Virus record (IMG/VR): IMGVR_UViG_3300021478_000023
Span: 1-64,000 of that record
Reading direction: 5' to 3' (one strand)
Source of the DNA: a virus
DNA: 64,000 nt
The notes beneath the pieces are model-generated. The model made no database searches. It had not been told where the DNA came from and saw only the letters and a program-made list of their open reading frames with translations. Made by a program: the position numbers and the translations under genes. This document shows positions 17,521 through 26,742 of this stretch, one piece after another; positions within the stretch are counted from its first letter, which is position 1; every line of letters begins with the position of its first letter.

Positions 17521-19162
17521 GATCGACACCGACAACGTAAACGAGTCCGAGCCACTAGAGCCGGATCTTGCGCCAGCTTATCGCGAAGCGCTCGCGTCGT
17601 TGTCCCGCATGCTTGCGCTCGCCGCCGATGAGGCTATGCGGCTCAAGGTGTTTGAGAACGCCGTCGATGAGGTTTTCAAAACGTGGCGCGGAATCGAGCG
17701 CAGCGACGCACTCGACGCGTTGCAAGATATCGCCGAGTCGCGCGGCTTTGATCCTGATTGGGTGCAGTCTGTATTTGCCCGCGCCGCCGAAGCCGAGCCC
17801 GAACAGCCCAAGGTAAACGGCAAGGGTCACGATGATGCGCAGCATGCGAAAGATCAACAATCCGAACCGAAGCCGCCCGAGCCGTTTCCATTCATCCGCG
17901 CGTCATCGTTCGACGGACAGAAAGCGCCAGCGCGCCGATGGCTGGTCAACAACCGGATTCCCATGCGCAACGTCACGCTGTTGAGCGGCGACGGCGCAGT
18001 AGGCAAGACAACCATAGCGATGCAGCTTGCCGTCGCAGTCGCAACCGACATGCTCGACTGGTTGCAAAACGTCATCGATGAACGCGGCCCGGTGTTGTTC
18101 CTAACAGCCGAGGAAGAATTGAGCGAGGTTCATTTTCGGCTTGAGCAAGTTGTTGACTACTACCCTGACCTACAATGGACCGATCTTGCAAATTTGCATT
18201 TGTTATCGATGGCCGATAGCGATTGCGTGTTGGCCGTGCCGGATCGCATGCACATTCTCAAAAAGACGAAAAACTATGAGCGGCTTTCACTCAACATTGA
18301 GCAAATACAGCCCAAGCTGGTCATCGTTGAGTCTGCCGCAGACTTGTTCGCTGGCAATGAGATTGATAGATCACAGGTCCGCAAATTCATTTCGTTGCTG
18401 CGCGAGTTAGCAATCAAGCATGATTGCGCAATCATGCTGCTATCACACCCGAGCGTGTCCGGCATGGCGAGCGGTTCTGGAATGTCCGGCTCAACGCAAT
18501 GGAACAATGCCGTGCGTTCACGAATGTATTTCAAAACGATCAAAGCCGACGCCGATGATTTTGCGGATGAGGATGCGGAAGCCGTCAACGAGAGCGGGAG
18601 CAATTATCGCGAGCTACAATATCTGAAAAACAACCGCGCAAGACAAGGCGAAAAAATCAAGCTGGTTTACACGAATGGTCTATTCCTTCCCGAGCGACAA
18701 CCAGCGCCAGCCGACAAGGCCGCCCAAGAATCAAAGGCCGACGACGTTTTCATGACGTTGCTGCGCAGATTCAACAGTGATGGAAGCGACCGCAGCGCGA
18801 CAGTCAAGAAAGGTCAGACATTCGCACCGTATCTGTTCGCGCTAGAACGCGAAGCAAAAAATGCGCGCGTCACCAAAGCAATGCTGACACAGGCAATGGA
18901 ACGCCTTATCACCGCCAAGAAAATCCGGTCTGAAATGTTTGGGCCGCAGTCTAAGCGGCGCTCGCGGCTCATCGAGATCACCAGAGAAAACACCGGCGAA
19001 ATTTTGCCATTCACTCCGAAGCCACCAGAGCCGTCCGGCGTTTCGATCCCGTTCATGATCACCAAAGCAATGAAGGCTCAACTCGCGGCTAAAGGCTATT
19101 CGGAATCTGAAATCAACGCGCTTACTCCCCAACAGGCGCAAGATATTTTGGCGAGCACTTAG
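17510..19162 (+). CDS. RepA/AAA_25 RecA-fold replicative helicase
   Basis: Walker A GDGAVGKT; LVIVE Walker B; LSHPS, SGSTQWNNAVRSR, KNN. Confidence 0.88.
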   Translation: MVDEIDTDNVNESEPLEPDLAPAYREALASLSRMLALAADEAMRLKVFENAVDEVFKTWRGIERSDALDALQDIAESRGFDPDWVQSVFARAAEAEPEQPKVNGKGHDDAQHAKDQQSEPKPPEPFPFIRASSFDGQKAPARRWLVNNRIPMRNVTLLSGDGAVGKTTIAMQLAVAVATDMLDWLQNVIDERGPVLFLTAEEELSEVHFRLEQVVDYYPDLQWTDLANLHLLSMADSDCVLAVPDRMHILKKTKNYERLSLNIEQIQPKLVIVESAADLFAGNEIDRSQVRKFISLLRELAIKHDCAIMLLSHPSVSGMASGSGMSGSTQWNNAVRSRMYFKTIKADADDFADEDAEAVNESGSNYRELQYLKNNRARQGEKIKLVYTNGLFLPERQPAPADKAAQESKADDVFMTLLRRFNSDGSDRSATVKKGQTFAPYLFALEREAKNARVTKAMLTQAMERLITAKKIRSEMFGPQSKRRSRLIEITRENTGEILPFTPKPPEPSGVSIPFMITKAMKAQLAAKGYSESEINALTPQQAQDILAST

Positions 19163-19171
19163 ATCCGTGCT

Positions 19172-19205
19172 AAAAGAAAAGCCCCGGTTGCAGCCGGGGC
19201 CTTTC
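19172..19205. terminator. terminator between convergent genes
   Basis: GCCCCGG-N6-CCGGGGC with an A-tract on the left and CTTT on the right. Confidence 0.7.
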
Positions 19206-19224
19206 AACTTTCAAGTCGGTTTTT

Positions 19225-19773
19225 TTAGGCTGTTGCGGGGAGTTCAAGTCCTGCGGCTTGGGCTCTCCCCAACGCTCCGCGTGACAGTGACGGCGTTCCA
19301 GCCGCTTTCTGCCGGTCGCGTGTCTCACGCGCGCCGTGCAGTTCATCGCCACCACGTTTCACCGCAGGGCGCATACGCAACAGGAACCCGCGATCACCAA
19401 ACTGTTTGGTGAACCTTTCCTTGCTGATCTTATCGAAGGCGTAGGTCAGCGATCCAAAATCGTGAAAATAACGAACGGCATGCGTAGGCACGCCATCAAT
19501 TTTATCCACGACGTAAATCACTCCACGAATAACGTAGACGTGCTTTACGGGATGCGGGAACGCTGTTGGGTTTGCGAGCGCAAAGTCTTTAATTCCATCT
19601 GCGAGCACGCATTCCCAAACGATCCCACGCTTAGACCGTTTGATGAGTTCCCGTGATAGATGAATTGGAACCTCAACCGGCCTTTTGGCGTCTGCAAATT
19701 TCACACGCCAAAAACGCTTTCGTAGAACGTCAGTGTATAGACGGACGAGTCTCGGCTTGGCTTTCCCTGCCAT
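19225..19773 (-). CDS. hypothetical protein
   Basis: 182-aa basic ORF overlapping the upstream minus-strand ORF. Confidence 0.65.
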   Translation of the reverse strand: MAGKAKPRLVRLYTDVLRKRFWRVKFADAKRPVEVPIHLSRELIKRSKRGIVWECVLADGIKDFALANPTAFPHPVKHVYVIRGVIYVVDKIDGVPTHAVRYFHDFGSLTYAFDKISKERFTKQFGDRGFLLRMRPAVKRGGDELHGARETRDRQKAAGTPSLSRGALGRAQAAGLELPATA

Positions 19774-20452
19774 TAGCTAGTCTCCGTCGCTGTAGGGTTT
19801 CAACAACATCAAGCCACGCATCAGCGACTTGCTGCGCGCCTGCGATCACCGCATCGGTGATTTCATCCGGGTTGAGCGTGGCCCAATCCGCTTTATTTTT
19901 TGCCATAAACAAATTCGATTTTGCGAGCGCCGTCGCTTCCCTCACGGCATGCTGATAACTGCGCAGGCGGGTCACGCTGTACGGTTCGTCCTTGACCGGG
20001 CGCTTGTCGGTTGGGTCAAAGTCGCAAGTGTTGACCTTGGCGGCGTCTTGGAATTTGCCGTTAGTTTTGCCATTGCCGTTTGGCTTTACTGGCGACGACC
20101 GGACGCTACGCGGCTGTTGTAGCGTCCGTTTGGCGCGCGATTTGCGCACTGTTTGTTTTTTCGCCTCACGCACTTGCTCGACGGTCGTGTGACCTTCCGC
20201 AATCCTAATCAACTCATCGGCGCGCGACTTGCTGATATTGCAATGGGTGGAAACATACTCGTACCAAGGCTTGTCGTTTGGCTTGCGCTCTTTCAGCTTG
20301 CCCAAAAATTTACCCTGGCGAATTTGTAGTTGGTTCTTTTTTTCGAGCCATTTAGCGCCCGATTGCTCTTGCTTCGCGTCACCAATATCGATTTTTGTCT
20401 GCAACACCTTGATCGCCGTGCAGAGCGAATAAACTGTTGGCTGTTTGACCAT
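19730..20452 (-). CDS. hypothetical protein, possibly DNA-binding
   Basis: AAGGA RBS; HTH-like NISKSRADELIRIA. Confidence 0.65.
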   Translation of the reverse strand: MVKQPTVYSLCTAIKVLQTKIDIGDAKQEQSGAKWLEKKNQLQIRQGKFLGKLKERKPNDKPWYEYVSTHCNISKSRADELIRIAEGHTTVEQVREAKKQTVRKSRAKRTLQQPRSVRSSPVKPNGNGKTNGKFQDAAKVNTCDFDPTDKRPVKDEPYSVTRLRSYQHAVREATALAKSNLFMAKNKADWATLNPDEITDAVIAGAQQVADAWLDVVETLQRRRLANGRESQAETRPSIH

Positions 20453-20496
20453 TGTCCTTGAATCCTTTGGTTTGCTCCACTAGCATTTTTCAAGTG

Positions 20497-20713
20497 TTGC
20501 TGGAAATATATCGCGGGATATAAGCCGCCGATGAGACGCGTCTCGGTTTATTTTTGACCTGTGGAAAACGAGGGGTTTTGCCTGTGGAAAACCGGAACAA
20601 AATACCGCTTCCAGCAACCCGTTCCAGCAAATTTTTTCCAGCAAATTCCAGCAACCATAAAAACAGTAGCTAACGCCTTGAACAGTCTTTTCTTTTCCGG
20701 CATTTTCCAGCAA
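20497..20713. repeat. iteron-like TTCCAGCAA repeats in an AT-rich region; putative replication origin
   Basis: direct copies at 20609, 20622, 20636, 20646, 20705; inverted copy at 20497; CCTGTGGAAAAC at 20558 and 20581. Confidence 0.65.
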
Positions 20714-20823
20714 AAAGTGGGGGGTGTTCCTTCCACCCCCTCATACTCCCCCCATCCCGGAGGGAGATTTCCGGGATGCTGGAACCCTCTAAGGTCCAGC
20801 ACCCGAAAACCTCCGGGATGGCT

Positions 20824-21060
20824 ATGTCGAAAGAAAGCAAAATGCGACGATGGTGGCTGACGCCGACTGCGCTTTTCAGATCTCACATGCCGCCCGTATT
20901 CCTGCGCCCGATGCACTGGCCGAAAGGATGCTGGCAATGCTGTGGTCAAGGGCTCGCGACCGATCCCAACAATCCGGCGCAGTTTCGCGTTGTGGAAATA
21001 TCGCCAGCGTTGCACCGATTGTTTGAAGCGAGCGACGTTCTAATTTACTTGCAAAAATGA
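20824..21060 (+). CDS. hypothetical protein
   Basis: CWQC motif; ATGA coupling downstream. Confidence 0.5.
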   Translation: MSKESKMRRWWLTPTALFRSHMPPVFLRPMHWPKGCWQCCGQGLATDPNNPAQFRVVEISPALHRLFEASDVLIYLQK

Positions 21061-21437
21061 AACCGCTAGACCTGACCGGCTACAAGCCGAGCCGCGAGTT
21101 GTTGGAAACGCTGATCAGATCCAACGAACGGGCGATCATGAACATCAGCGGCGTCAAAGCGTATTGGGCGGCGCAAGCAATTCAGGTGATGCGAAAAGAG
21201 ATCGCTATGTTTCGCGCAAAGTTGGAGGGCGAAATGCTGATCAGGATAACGGGGCATAATCCGCCGTTTGTAGCTGGCGTCGTGTTTGACGATAGCGGCA
21301 CGGTGCACCGCTTCGCGCCTATCGTGCAATGGGCCAAGGGGCTCGATGAAGATCAACTACGCGCGGAGATCAAACAGCGCGGCTTAACGGCGACGATGGT
21401 ACGGACACTCACAGCACAGGAGATCGAAGCGTCATGA
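21057..21437 (+). CDS. hypothetical protein
   Basis: coupled ORF. Confidence 0.6.
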   Translation: MKPLDLTGYKPSRELLETLIRSNERAIMNISGVKAYWAAQAIQVMRKEIAMFRAKLEGEMLIRITGHNPPFVAGVVFDDSGTVHRFAPIVQWAKGLDEDQLRAEIKQRGLTATMVRTLTAQEIEAS

Positions 21438-21658
21438 CCGAAACGAAAGTGACAATCGTGGAGTCCGAGCCGATGCTACAGTTTTTCGAGTGGGCGCATC
21501 TGCCCGAGCGCCTACAGGCTGTCTCGATGCGGTTCTCCGTCTTGGCGTATGAAATAGTTGAGACGCTTCCGCGCAATCCCGAGCGCACCGTAGCGCTGCG
21601 CAAGTTGTTGGAAGCAAAGGACTGCGCCGTGCGCGCGGTGCTTTATAAAAGCCCCTAG
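21434..21658 (+). CDS. small helical-hairpin protein; candidate anti-defence nucleotide sponge
   Basis: FFEWAHLPERLQAVS...LPRNPERTVALRKLLEAKDCAVRA; function inferred. Confidence 0.6.
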   Translation: MTETKVTIVESEPMLQFFEWAHLPERLQAVSMRFSVLAYEIVETLPRNPERTVALRKLLEAKDCAVRAVLYKSP

Positions 21659-21706
21659 CCCGATCCGCCGTCGTTGGCTGCGCTACAATGCGAGAGGCTA
21701 TCCGCT

Positions 21707-22099
21707 ATGAAACGGGGCAAGAAAGCGACGATAAGAATGGGCGAGGTTGAAATCCCCGCCGAGATCGTTAGCGAGCCGGGAGTGCTACCGCAGAATTTTC
21801 GCACGCCGCCGTTCTACGTTGAGGTTGATCCAGCCCGAGCGTTGATCCATGCGTTTAGTGGAATGTCCGTCGAGAAACTATCTTATGTTGTTGGTTGGGC
21901 GGCGAAGCAATTGCACGTTGCCGCGCATAGCGATTTGAAATTTCACAAGGCGTTCGTCTACAAGCGTGGGCGCTACTATGTTTTTGAGTTTCACCGACAC
22001 CACGACGGCGAGATCGTGGCCACGCTCACCGCGTTAAGCGATCACCGCGTAAGAGTCACCTACCACGATGGCAAGGAACCGGAGACGTTGTACCTATGA
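21707..22099 (+). CDS. hypothetical protein
   Basis: MKRGKK start after GAGAGG. Confidence 0.55.
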   Translation: MKRGKKATIRMGEVEIPAEIVSEPGVLPQNFRTPPFYVEVDPARALIHAFSGMSVEKLSYVVGWAAKQLHVAAHSDLKFHKAFVYKRGRYYVFEFHRHHDGEIVATLTALSDHRVRVTYHDGKEPETLYL

Positions 22100-22347
22100 A
22101 CCGGCGCGCGTTGTTGATGGGTGTTGCTGCATCGGCTATCGCCGCTGGTGTTCCGCGTGTCCCGAGCAAGCCGATTTGGTCGTTTAGCGCGTTTGTCAAA
22201 CGGCCTATCGAGTGCGATCTATTCACCGGGCACTGGTATCACATGGTTTGGAGCGGCGATCAGTTTTTCCTAGATGGCGAGTTGGCACCACCCTGCGATG
22301 AATTCAAGCGGATCGTCATGGACAGGATTGGGATTAAAACCGAATGA
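22096..22347 (+). CDS. hypothetical protein with twin-arginine-like N-terminus
   Basis: MNRRALLMGVAASAIAAG. Confidence 0.55.
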   Translation: MNRRALLMGVAASAIAAGVPRVPSKPIWSFSAFVKRPIECDLFTGHWYHMVWSGDQFFLDGELAPPCDEFKRIVMDRIGIKTE

Positions 22348-22556
22348 CACTCACCTGTATTTGCTGCAAGGGCGAGCGCTACGTGATGGTGACGGACGCC
22401 GCATTTCCTGATGATCCGCCGCGCCGCGAGCCGTGTTGCTACTGCGGCGCGACTGGTGTTGTGAAGCTGACCGTGAGCGAGGCCGCGACCTATCAAAAGA
22501 GCATCGGGCTATGGTGGGTAGACATAGACCATGATCGTAACCGATCCCAAGAATGA
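22344..22556 (+). CDS. small Cys-rich protein (DnaJ-like CxxCxGxG motifs)
   Basis: CICCKG...CCYCGATG. Confidence 0.55.
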   Translation: MTLTCICCKGERYVMVTDAAFPDDPPRREPCCYCGATGVVKLTVSEAATYQKSIGLWWVDIDHDRNRSQE

Positions 22557-22725
22557 GATCCGCTACGCCAGGAACGCGAAAGCCTGGGCACTCGGCGAAC
22601 AAAAATCCAACGGCTTTCATGTGAGGCGCGTGGTGTGGGGATTGCTGATGGCGAGCATGGAAAAGCGACCGGGCGAGGAAATCCGCAAAGCTGTGATTCT
22701 TGTTGGAGGGAAGCGAAGGCGATGA
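22531..22725 (+). CDS. hypothetical protein
   Basis: 64-aa ORF within a run of coupled genes. Confidence 0.45.
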   Translation: MIVTDPKNEIRYARNAKAWALGEQKSNGFHVRRVVWGLLMASMEKRPGEEIRKAVILVGGKRRR

Positions 22726-22759
22726 GTGACACGCCAATCATTTTGGGCTTACCCACAAT

Positions 22760-23014
22760 ATGATGGGAACGCCGATGATCACGGTTGACGATCTCAAAAA
22801 ATCCCACATCCGCACGCAAATGTTTCTGGACGGTGCGAAGGGCGCGGCCTCGCAGCATCGCTATTGCCTCGAACATCCGCGCTTGCGCATGGTGTGGTCG
22901 CGCACTAGCCGACGCGACAAAGGCAAAGACGTTTGGTTTGTTGATGACGTTGAGATCAAGCCATACGATTTCGAGCGCGCGGTGGAGTTGTTGAACAAGG
23001 AGAAAAAGCTATGA
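22760..23014 (+). CDS. hypothetical protein
   Basis: ATGA-coupled to the next ORF. Confidence 0.55.
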   Translation: MMGTPMITVDDLKKSHIRTQMFLDGAKGAASQHRYCLEHPRLRMVWSRTSRRDKGKDVWFVDDVEIKPYDFERAVELLNKEKKL

Positions 23015-23313
23015 TCGATTTCAACGACCAGATTGATGATACGCGAGTGCCGCGCTTCCCTGCACTCTGTTGTCAACTCGCAAAATGCCTCGCTTGGTAT
23101 AGCGGCTATCTGATCGACTGGAACGATGGCCGTTACGATGACGTGATGGCGCAGATCAAACAACTACGCGAGCACGTCGAGGGATGGCGTTTTGAAGGTG
23201 ATGCCGATTTCCCTGGACCGCAGACGCGACCAACGACCGAGCGCGTTGTGCCTTGGACTGGTCTGGTCGTGCATGAGTCCAACCTACCGGAGCGTCCGCC
23301 GTGGGCAAAGTGA
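23011..23313 (+). CDS. hypothetical protein
   Basis: AAGGAG RBS. Confidence 0.6.
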   Translation: MIDFNDQIDDTRVPRFPALCCQLAKCLAWYSGYLIDWNDGRYDDVMAQIKQLREHVEGWRFEGDADFPGPQTRPTTERVVPWTGLVVHESNLPERPPWAK

Positions 23314-23458
23314 CTAAACCCAAGCGCGTGACCATCACTGTTGATCGTCATGAAATCAAAAAGCTGGACAAGCTGGCGAAAAAGTTTTGGCCGTCTCTCA
23401 CGCCGAGCAAATGCCGAGCCGGTGTCTTTCGCGCGCTACTCCAACAAGAGCCGGTGCG

Positions 23459-23632
23459 ATGACGCAATTGTTTGGAGTGTCCAAGGAAGAAAAGATTGCG
23501 TGCCTGCAACGCGAGATCAATTTGCGCGAGCGGGTTTATGCGCGATACATGGCGGAAGGCAAGATGGCGCGCTCGAAAGCCGAGCGTGAAATCGAGATCA
23601 TGCGTGCTATCCTGGCGGACTATCAGCAATGA
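23459..23632 (+). CDS. small helical phage protein
   Basis: KIACLQREINLRERVYARY...AEREIEIMRAIL. Confidence 0.65.
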   Translation: MTQLFGVSKEEKIACLQREINLRERVYARYMAEGKMARSKAEREIEIMRAILADYQQ

Positions 23633-23641
23633 GGGTCAACG

Positions 23642-24133
23642 ATGGCATACTGGTCAGTGGCACAGACCGAGACGCGACGCGAGACGACGGCGGCGGGCTT
23701 CCTGACCGATCAGGGGTACACGACCTACTTGCCGAAAATCAAAGTTGCCCACAAGCGAATCGTACCCCTGTTCCCCGGCTATTTGTTCGTGCGGATCTTC
23801 GACCGATGGTGGAGCGTTAATCAAACCATAGGGGTCATCCAACTCCTGACGGCGGGCGATCATCCCGCCCAAGTGCGAGACTCAATCGTGGAAACGATCA
23901 GGGCGAAAGAACGAGGCGGCATCGTGCGTTTACCCCCGCCGCAAGGGTTGCACGTAGGCCAGAAAGTCCGCGTGCTACGTGGATCTTTCGAGGGTCACAT
24001 AGGGCTCTATGACGGCATGTCCGGCAAGGACCGAGAGCGGGTGTTGCTCGACCTGTTGGGCCGGAAAGTCTCGGTCGATTTCCACAAGGACGACATCGCG
24101 CCGACACCAGATATTGCGCGCAAGGTAATTTAG
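23642..24133 (+). CDS. NusG-family antitermination factor (NGN+KOW)
   Basis: YWSVAQT...PLFPGYLFVR...GQKVRVLRGSFEGHIG. Confidence 0.9.
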   Translation: MAYWSVAQTETRRETTAAGFLTDQGYTTYLPKIKVAHKRIVPLFPGYLFVRIFDRWWSVNQTIGVIQLLTAGDHPAQVRDSIVETIRAKERGGIVRLPPPQGLHVGQKVRVLRGSFEGHIGLYDGMSGKDRERVLLDLLGRKVSVDFHKDDIAPTPDIARKVI

Positions 24134-24387
24134 AGCTACTAATCCCGCCAAGGCCAGTTTCCGTACAGCGCTTTGATTGCTCAAAAGTTTCGCCCGAAAA
24201 CCGGGCGACGCTTGCGCGCAGCGCGTTTTTGTTTGGTCCGGGTAGCGATCCCCGGACCCGAGGGAGTGCAGGGCGTAGTCGTCAAACGGAACTGGCCTTC
24301 CGCAGCAATCCGAGCGCGCACAACCGCTCTTGCAGCACTGACGGCACGCCTTGCGCTTTCCCTTCCTGCGATGCTACTCACCGACGC

Positions 24388-24645
24388 ATGAAACAGCCGT
24401 TTAGATCCACAGCTACGTTTCGTTGGTTTGGCGACACGTTGCATCCTAACAATCGCACCAAGCGTCCGATGGTCCGCATTGAACAGGACGAAAAATATCC
24501 TGGCATGTGGCGCGTCGTTTCTCCCGATGGCACTCGATCCGATATGGTCAATCGATCCCGAGCCAAGGATGCCGCTAGATCGATTTTGCTAGGGCTGTTG
24601 AATGTCAAGCCACCCGACGCAGCATCAGCACCTTTACAACACTAA
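24388..24645 (+). CDS. hypothetical protein
   Basis: DEKYPGMWRVVSPDG..SDMVNRSRAKDAA. Confidence 0.55.
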   Translation: MKQPFRSTATFRWFGDTLHPNNRTKRPMVRIEQDEKYPGMWRVVSPDGTRSDMVNRSRAKDAARSILLGLLNVKPPDAASAPLQH

Positions 24646-25072
24646 GCGCTGGCAACGGCTGCGCAGGCATCAACGTCAAATCGAACCGCTCTGCCGCTTC
24701 TGCCGAGAGCGCGGCATCGTCACCCCTGGCGCGGTTGTCGATCACGTCATCCCGCACAACGGCGACGTAAATCTGTTCTACACGGGCGAGCTACAAACGC
24801 TGTGCGCCGACTGCCACGACCGCATCAAGCGGATGGAGGAATTGCACGGCTTCCGCCCCGACGTGGGGCTCGACGGTTGGCCGCTAGATCCCAAGCATCC
24901 CGCGAATCGGTCCCGCCCCTCGCTCGCTCTAGTGCCGAAAGACGACCACGAACGAGACGGCGAAAAGTTACGCGCGGGCGATCCAATCCGGCCAGTAAGT
25001 CGCGAGCGCTTTGTCGAGCCTGCGACGCGGCCGACGCTTCACCGGGATGGTTTTCGCAAGCGGCAACCCTAG
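24602..25072 (+). CDS. HNH endonuclease (terminase-associated, HK97 gp74-like)
   Basis: PLCRFC...VVDHVIPH...LQTLCADCHDRIK...DGWPLDP. Confidence 0.9.
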   Translation: MSSHPTQHQHLYNTKRWQRLRRHQRQIEPLCRFCRERGIVTPGAVVDHVIPHNGDVNLFYTGELQTLCADCHDRIKRMEELHGFRPDVGLDGWPLDPKHPANRSRPSLALVPKDDHERDGEKLRAGDPIRPVSRERFVEPATRPTLHRDGFRKRQP

Positions 25073-25299
25073 CGCTTTCGCTTTCGCCCTGGTCGCATGC
25101 TTTTTGCGTCGCCACAATTCGCGGCGCTCTGCCAAGCTGGACATGACCTGACTGGACTCCCGTGCAAACGGCGGCAACCCTGCCGTCAACCCTTGCAAAT
25201 CTAGCGCCAACCCTAGCCGTCCGCCAGCGTACCCCCGTACTCCTACCCGCCAGGGGAAATTCGGACCTTCCGGGGATACCGCTTCAACCGTTTCCACAA

Positions 25300-25860
25300 T
25301 CCCACAACCCAGGAGTTGTAACCGTAGAATTTTATGCTGTTTTTTTCGTTTTTTTAGAAAAGTATGTAGGATTTGGCGCGCCCCCGCGCTGTCCTTTTTT
25401 AAAATTGCTTAGTTGGTGCACGTCCCCCCCCTGCCCCGTGAGAGCCCCACAGAACCCCGCCCCTGGCCTATCCCCGCGTGGGCTAAGGGTTTGGGCGGGT
25501 TTAAAAAAGAACGCATCAGCGGGCTTCCTATTGGGTCGATTTAGGGGTGGCTATAAGCCCCTGATCTATATGGGGAATTAGCGCTGAGTTTATAGCTATT
25601 AGTGCAATGATCTCAATGGGTTATACCCCTACCCTAGAGGTACAATTCCATGCTACGTGCATCACAGTCCAATACCGCTAGGTTGTACCCGTTTCGTTAG
25701 CGTTGATTGGTGAGGGTGGGTGCACCTTGCAAGCGGTGCACTCGACTGATCGACTAGGGTGGATGGTCAGGCCAGAAAATAAAACATCCACAGTAGGAGG
25801 GGCAATGCTGTAGGGATGGTCCTGCAAGCACTCGCCACACACACCAACAACAAACAGGAG
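25300..25860. other. non-coding, compositionally skewed region; probable cos/packaging region
   Basis: lies between HNH and TerL; T- and C-runs; IHF-like TCAA-N4-TTA near 25612-25623. Confidence 0.45.
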
Positions 25861-25867
25861 TCACGCT

Positions 25868-26437
25868 ATGCAGCCGATGCTTTGTATGATCATTCCAGTT
25901 AGCAGCGGCGGCGAGCCCACGCATCCGTGGGTGCCGCCATCAGGTCAACCGCCCGGTTATTGGGGTGGGGTAGCTCCACCGCAGCCGACGCATCCAATTG
26001 CGCCGGGTGGTGCACCTCCGGGTTATTGGGGTGGCGTAGCGCCGCCGCGTCCAGACCAAGGCTTGCCAGGACATCAACCACATCCGTCGCATCCGATTGC
26101 GCCAGGGCGACCTCCGGGGATTTGGGGCGGGCCGCCACTCTACCCGGATCAAGGATTGCCGGGGGCGCAGCCCATTCCGACGCCGCCGATCTATCTGCCG
26201 CCAGGAACGATTCCGGGGACCAAGCCCGAGCATCCGATTTACATTCCGCCGAGTAGCGGAATTCCCGGCATTCCGACGCACCCGATTGTGATTCCGCCAC
26301 CCGGCACGGATGAGAAGCCGGAAGTGTTGGAGAATTGGGATGTTGTGACGGCTTGGGTGCCAGAAACCGGATGGGTTACTGTGATCGCGCCATCGGGCGA
26401 GCATCCCGGCGTGCCGACGCCATCGAGCGGCGGCTGA
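25868..26437 (+). CDS. proline-rich repeat protein
   Basis: AGGAG RBS; repeated PxHPI, PPG(Y/I)WGG and PDQGLPG. Confidence 0.85.
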   Translation: MQPMLCMIIPVSSGGEPTHPWVPPSGQPPGYWGGVAPPQPTHPIAPGGAPPGYWGGVAPPRPDQGLPGHQPHPSHPIAPGRPPGIWGGPPLYPDQGLPGAQPIPTPPIYLPPGTIPGTKPEHPIYIPPSSGIPGIPTHPIVIPPPGTDEKPEVLENWDVVTAWVPETGWVTVIAPSGEHPGVPTPSSGG

Positions 26438-26516
26438 CTTACTAGCGGTCGGCAACGACGGCACGAACGACGCGAACATCGCGACTGATGTATGTCGCGG
26501 TTCTAAGGCGATCACG

Positions 26517-26609
26517 ATGAAATGGTGGGAACGCCTAATTGTCGTGATCGCGCTTTTCTTGTTGATGGCGATTGTTGTGACGGTCGTCATCGTGTTTCCG
26601 GTGCACTGA
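26517..26609 (+). CDS. 30-aa single-TM peptide
   Basis: MKWWERLIVVIALFLLMAIVVTVVIVFPVH. Confidence 0.5.
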   Translation: MKWWERLIVVIALFLLMAIVVTVVIVFPVH

Positions 26610-26612
26610 AAA

Positions 26613-26726
26613 ATGTGGCGTGCACGCATACGGCGACCAAGCAACAACCAACTCATCATCGTGTTTGTGCTTGCAGCGGTCATCGTCATGCTAGGCGTGG
26701 TGACGCTGATATTTATTCCGATCTAA
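26613..26726 (+). CDS. 37-aa single-TM peptide
   Basis: MWRARIRRPSNNQLIIVFVLAAVIVMLGVVTLIFIPI. Confidence 0.5.
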   Translation: MWRARIRRPSNNQLIIVFVLAAVIVMLGVVTLIFIPI

Positions 26727-26742
26727 AAGCGGAGTTGTTGAC

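Noticed and set aside
20609-20713. CRISPR-like array
   Set aside because: 9-bp repeats with tiny irregular spacers and no cas genes
25899-26689. Minus-strand ORFs over the Pro-rich gene
   Set aside because: Shadow frames; the plus strand has the RBS and coherent motifs
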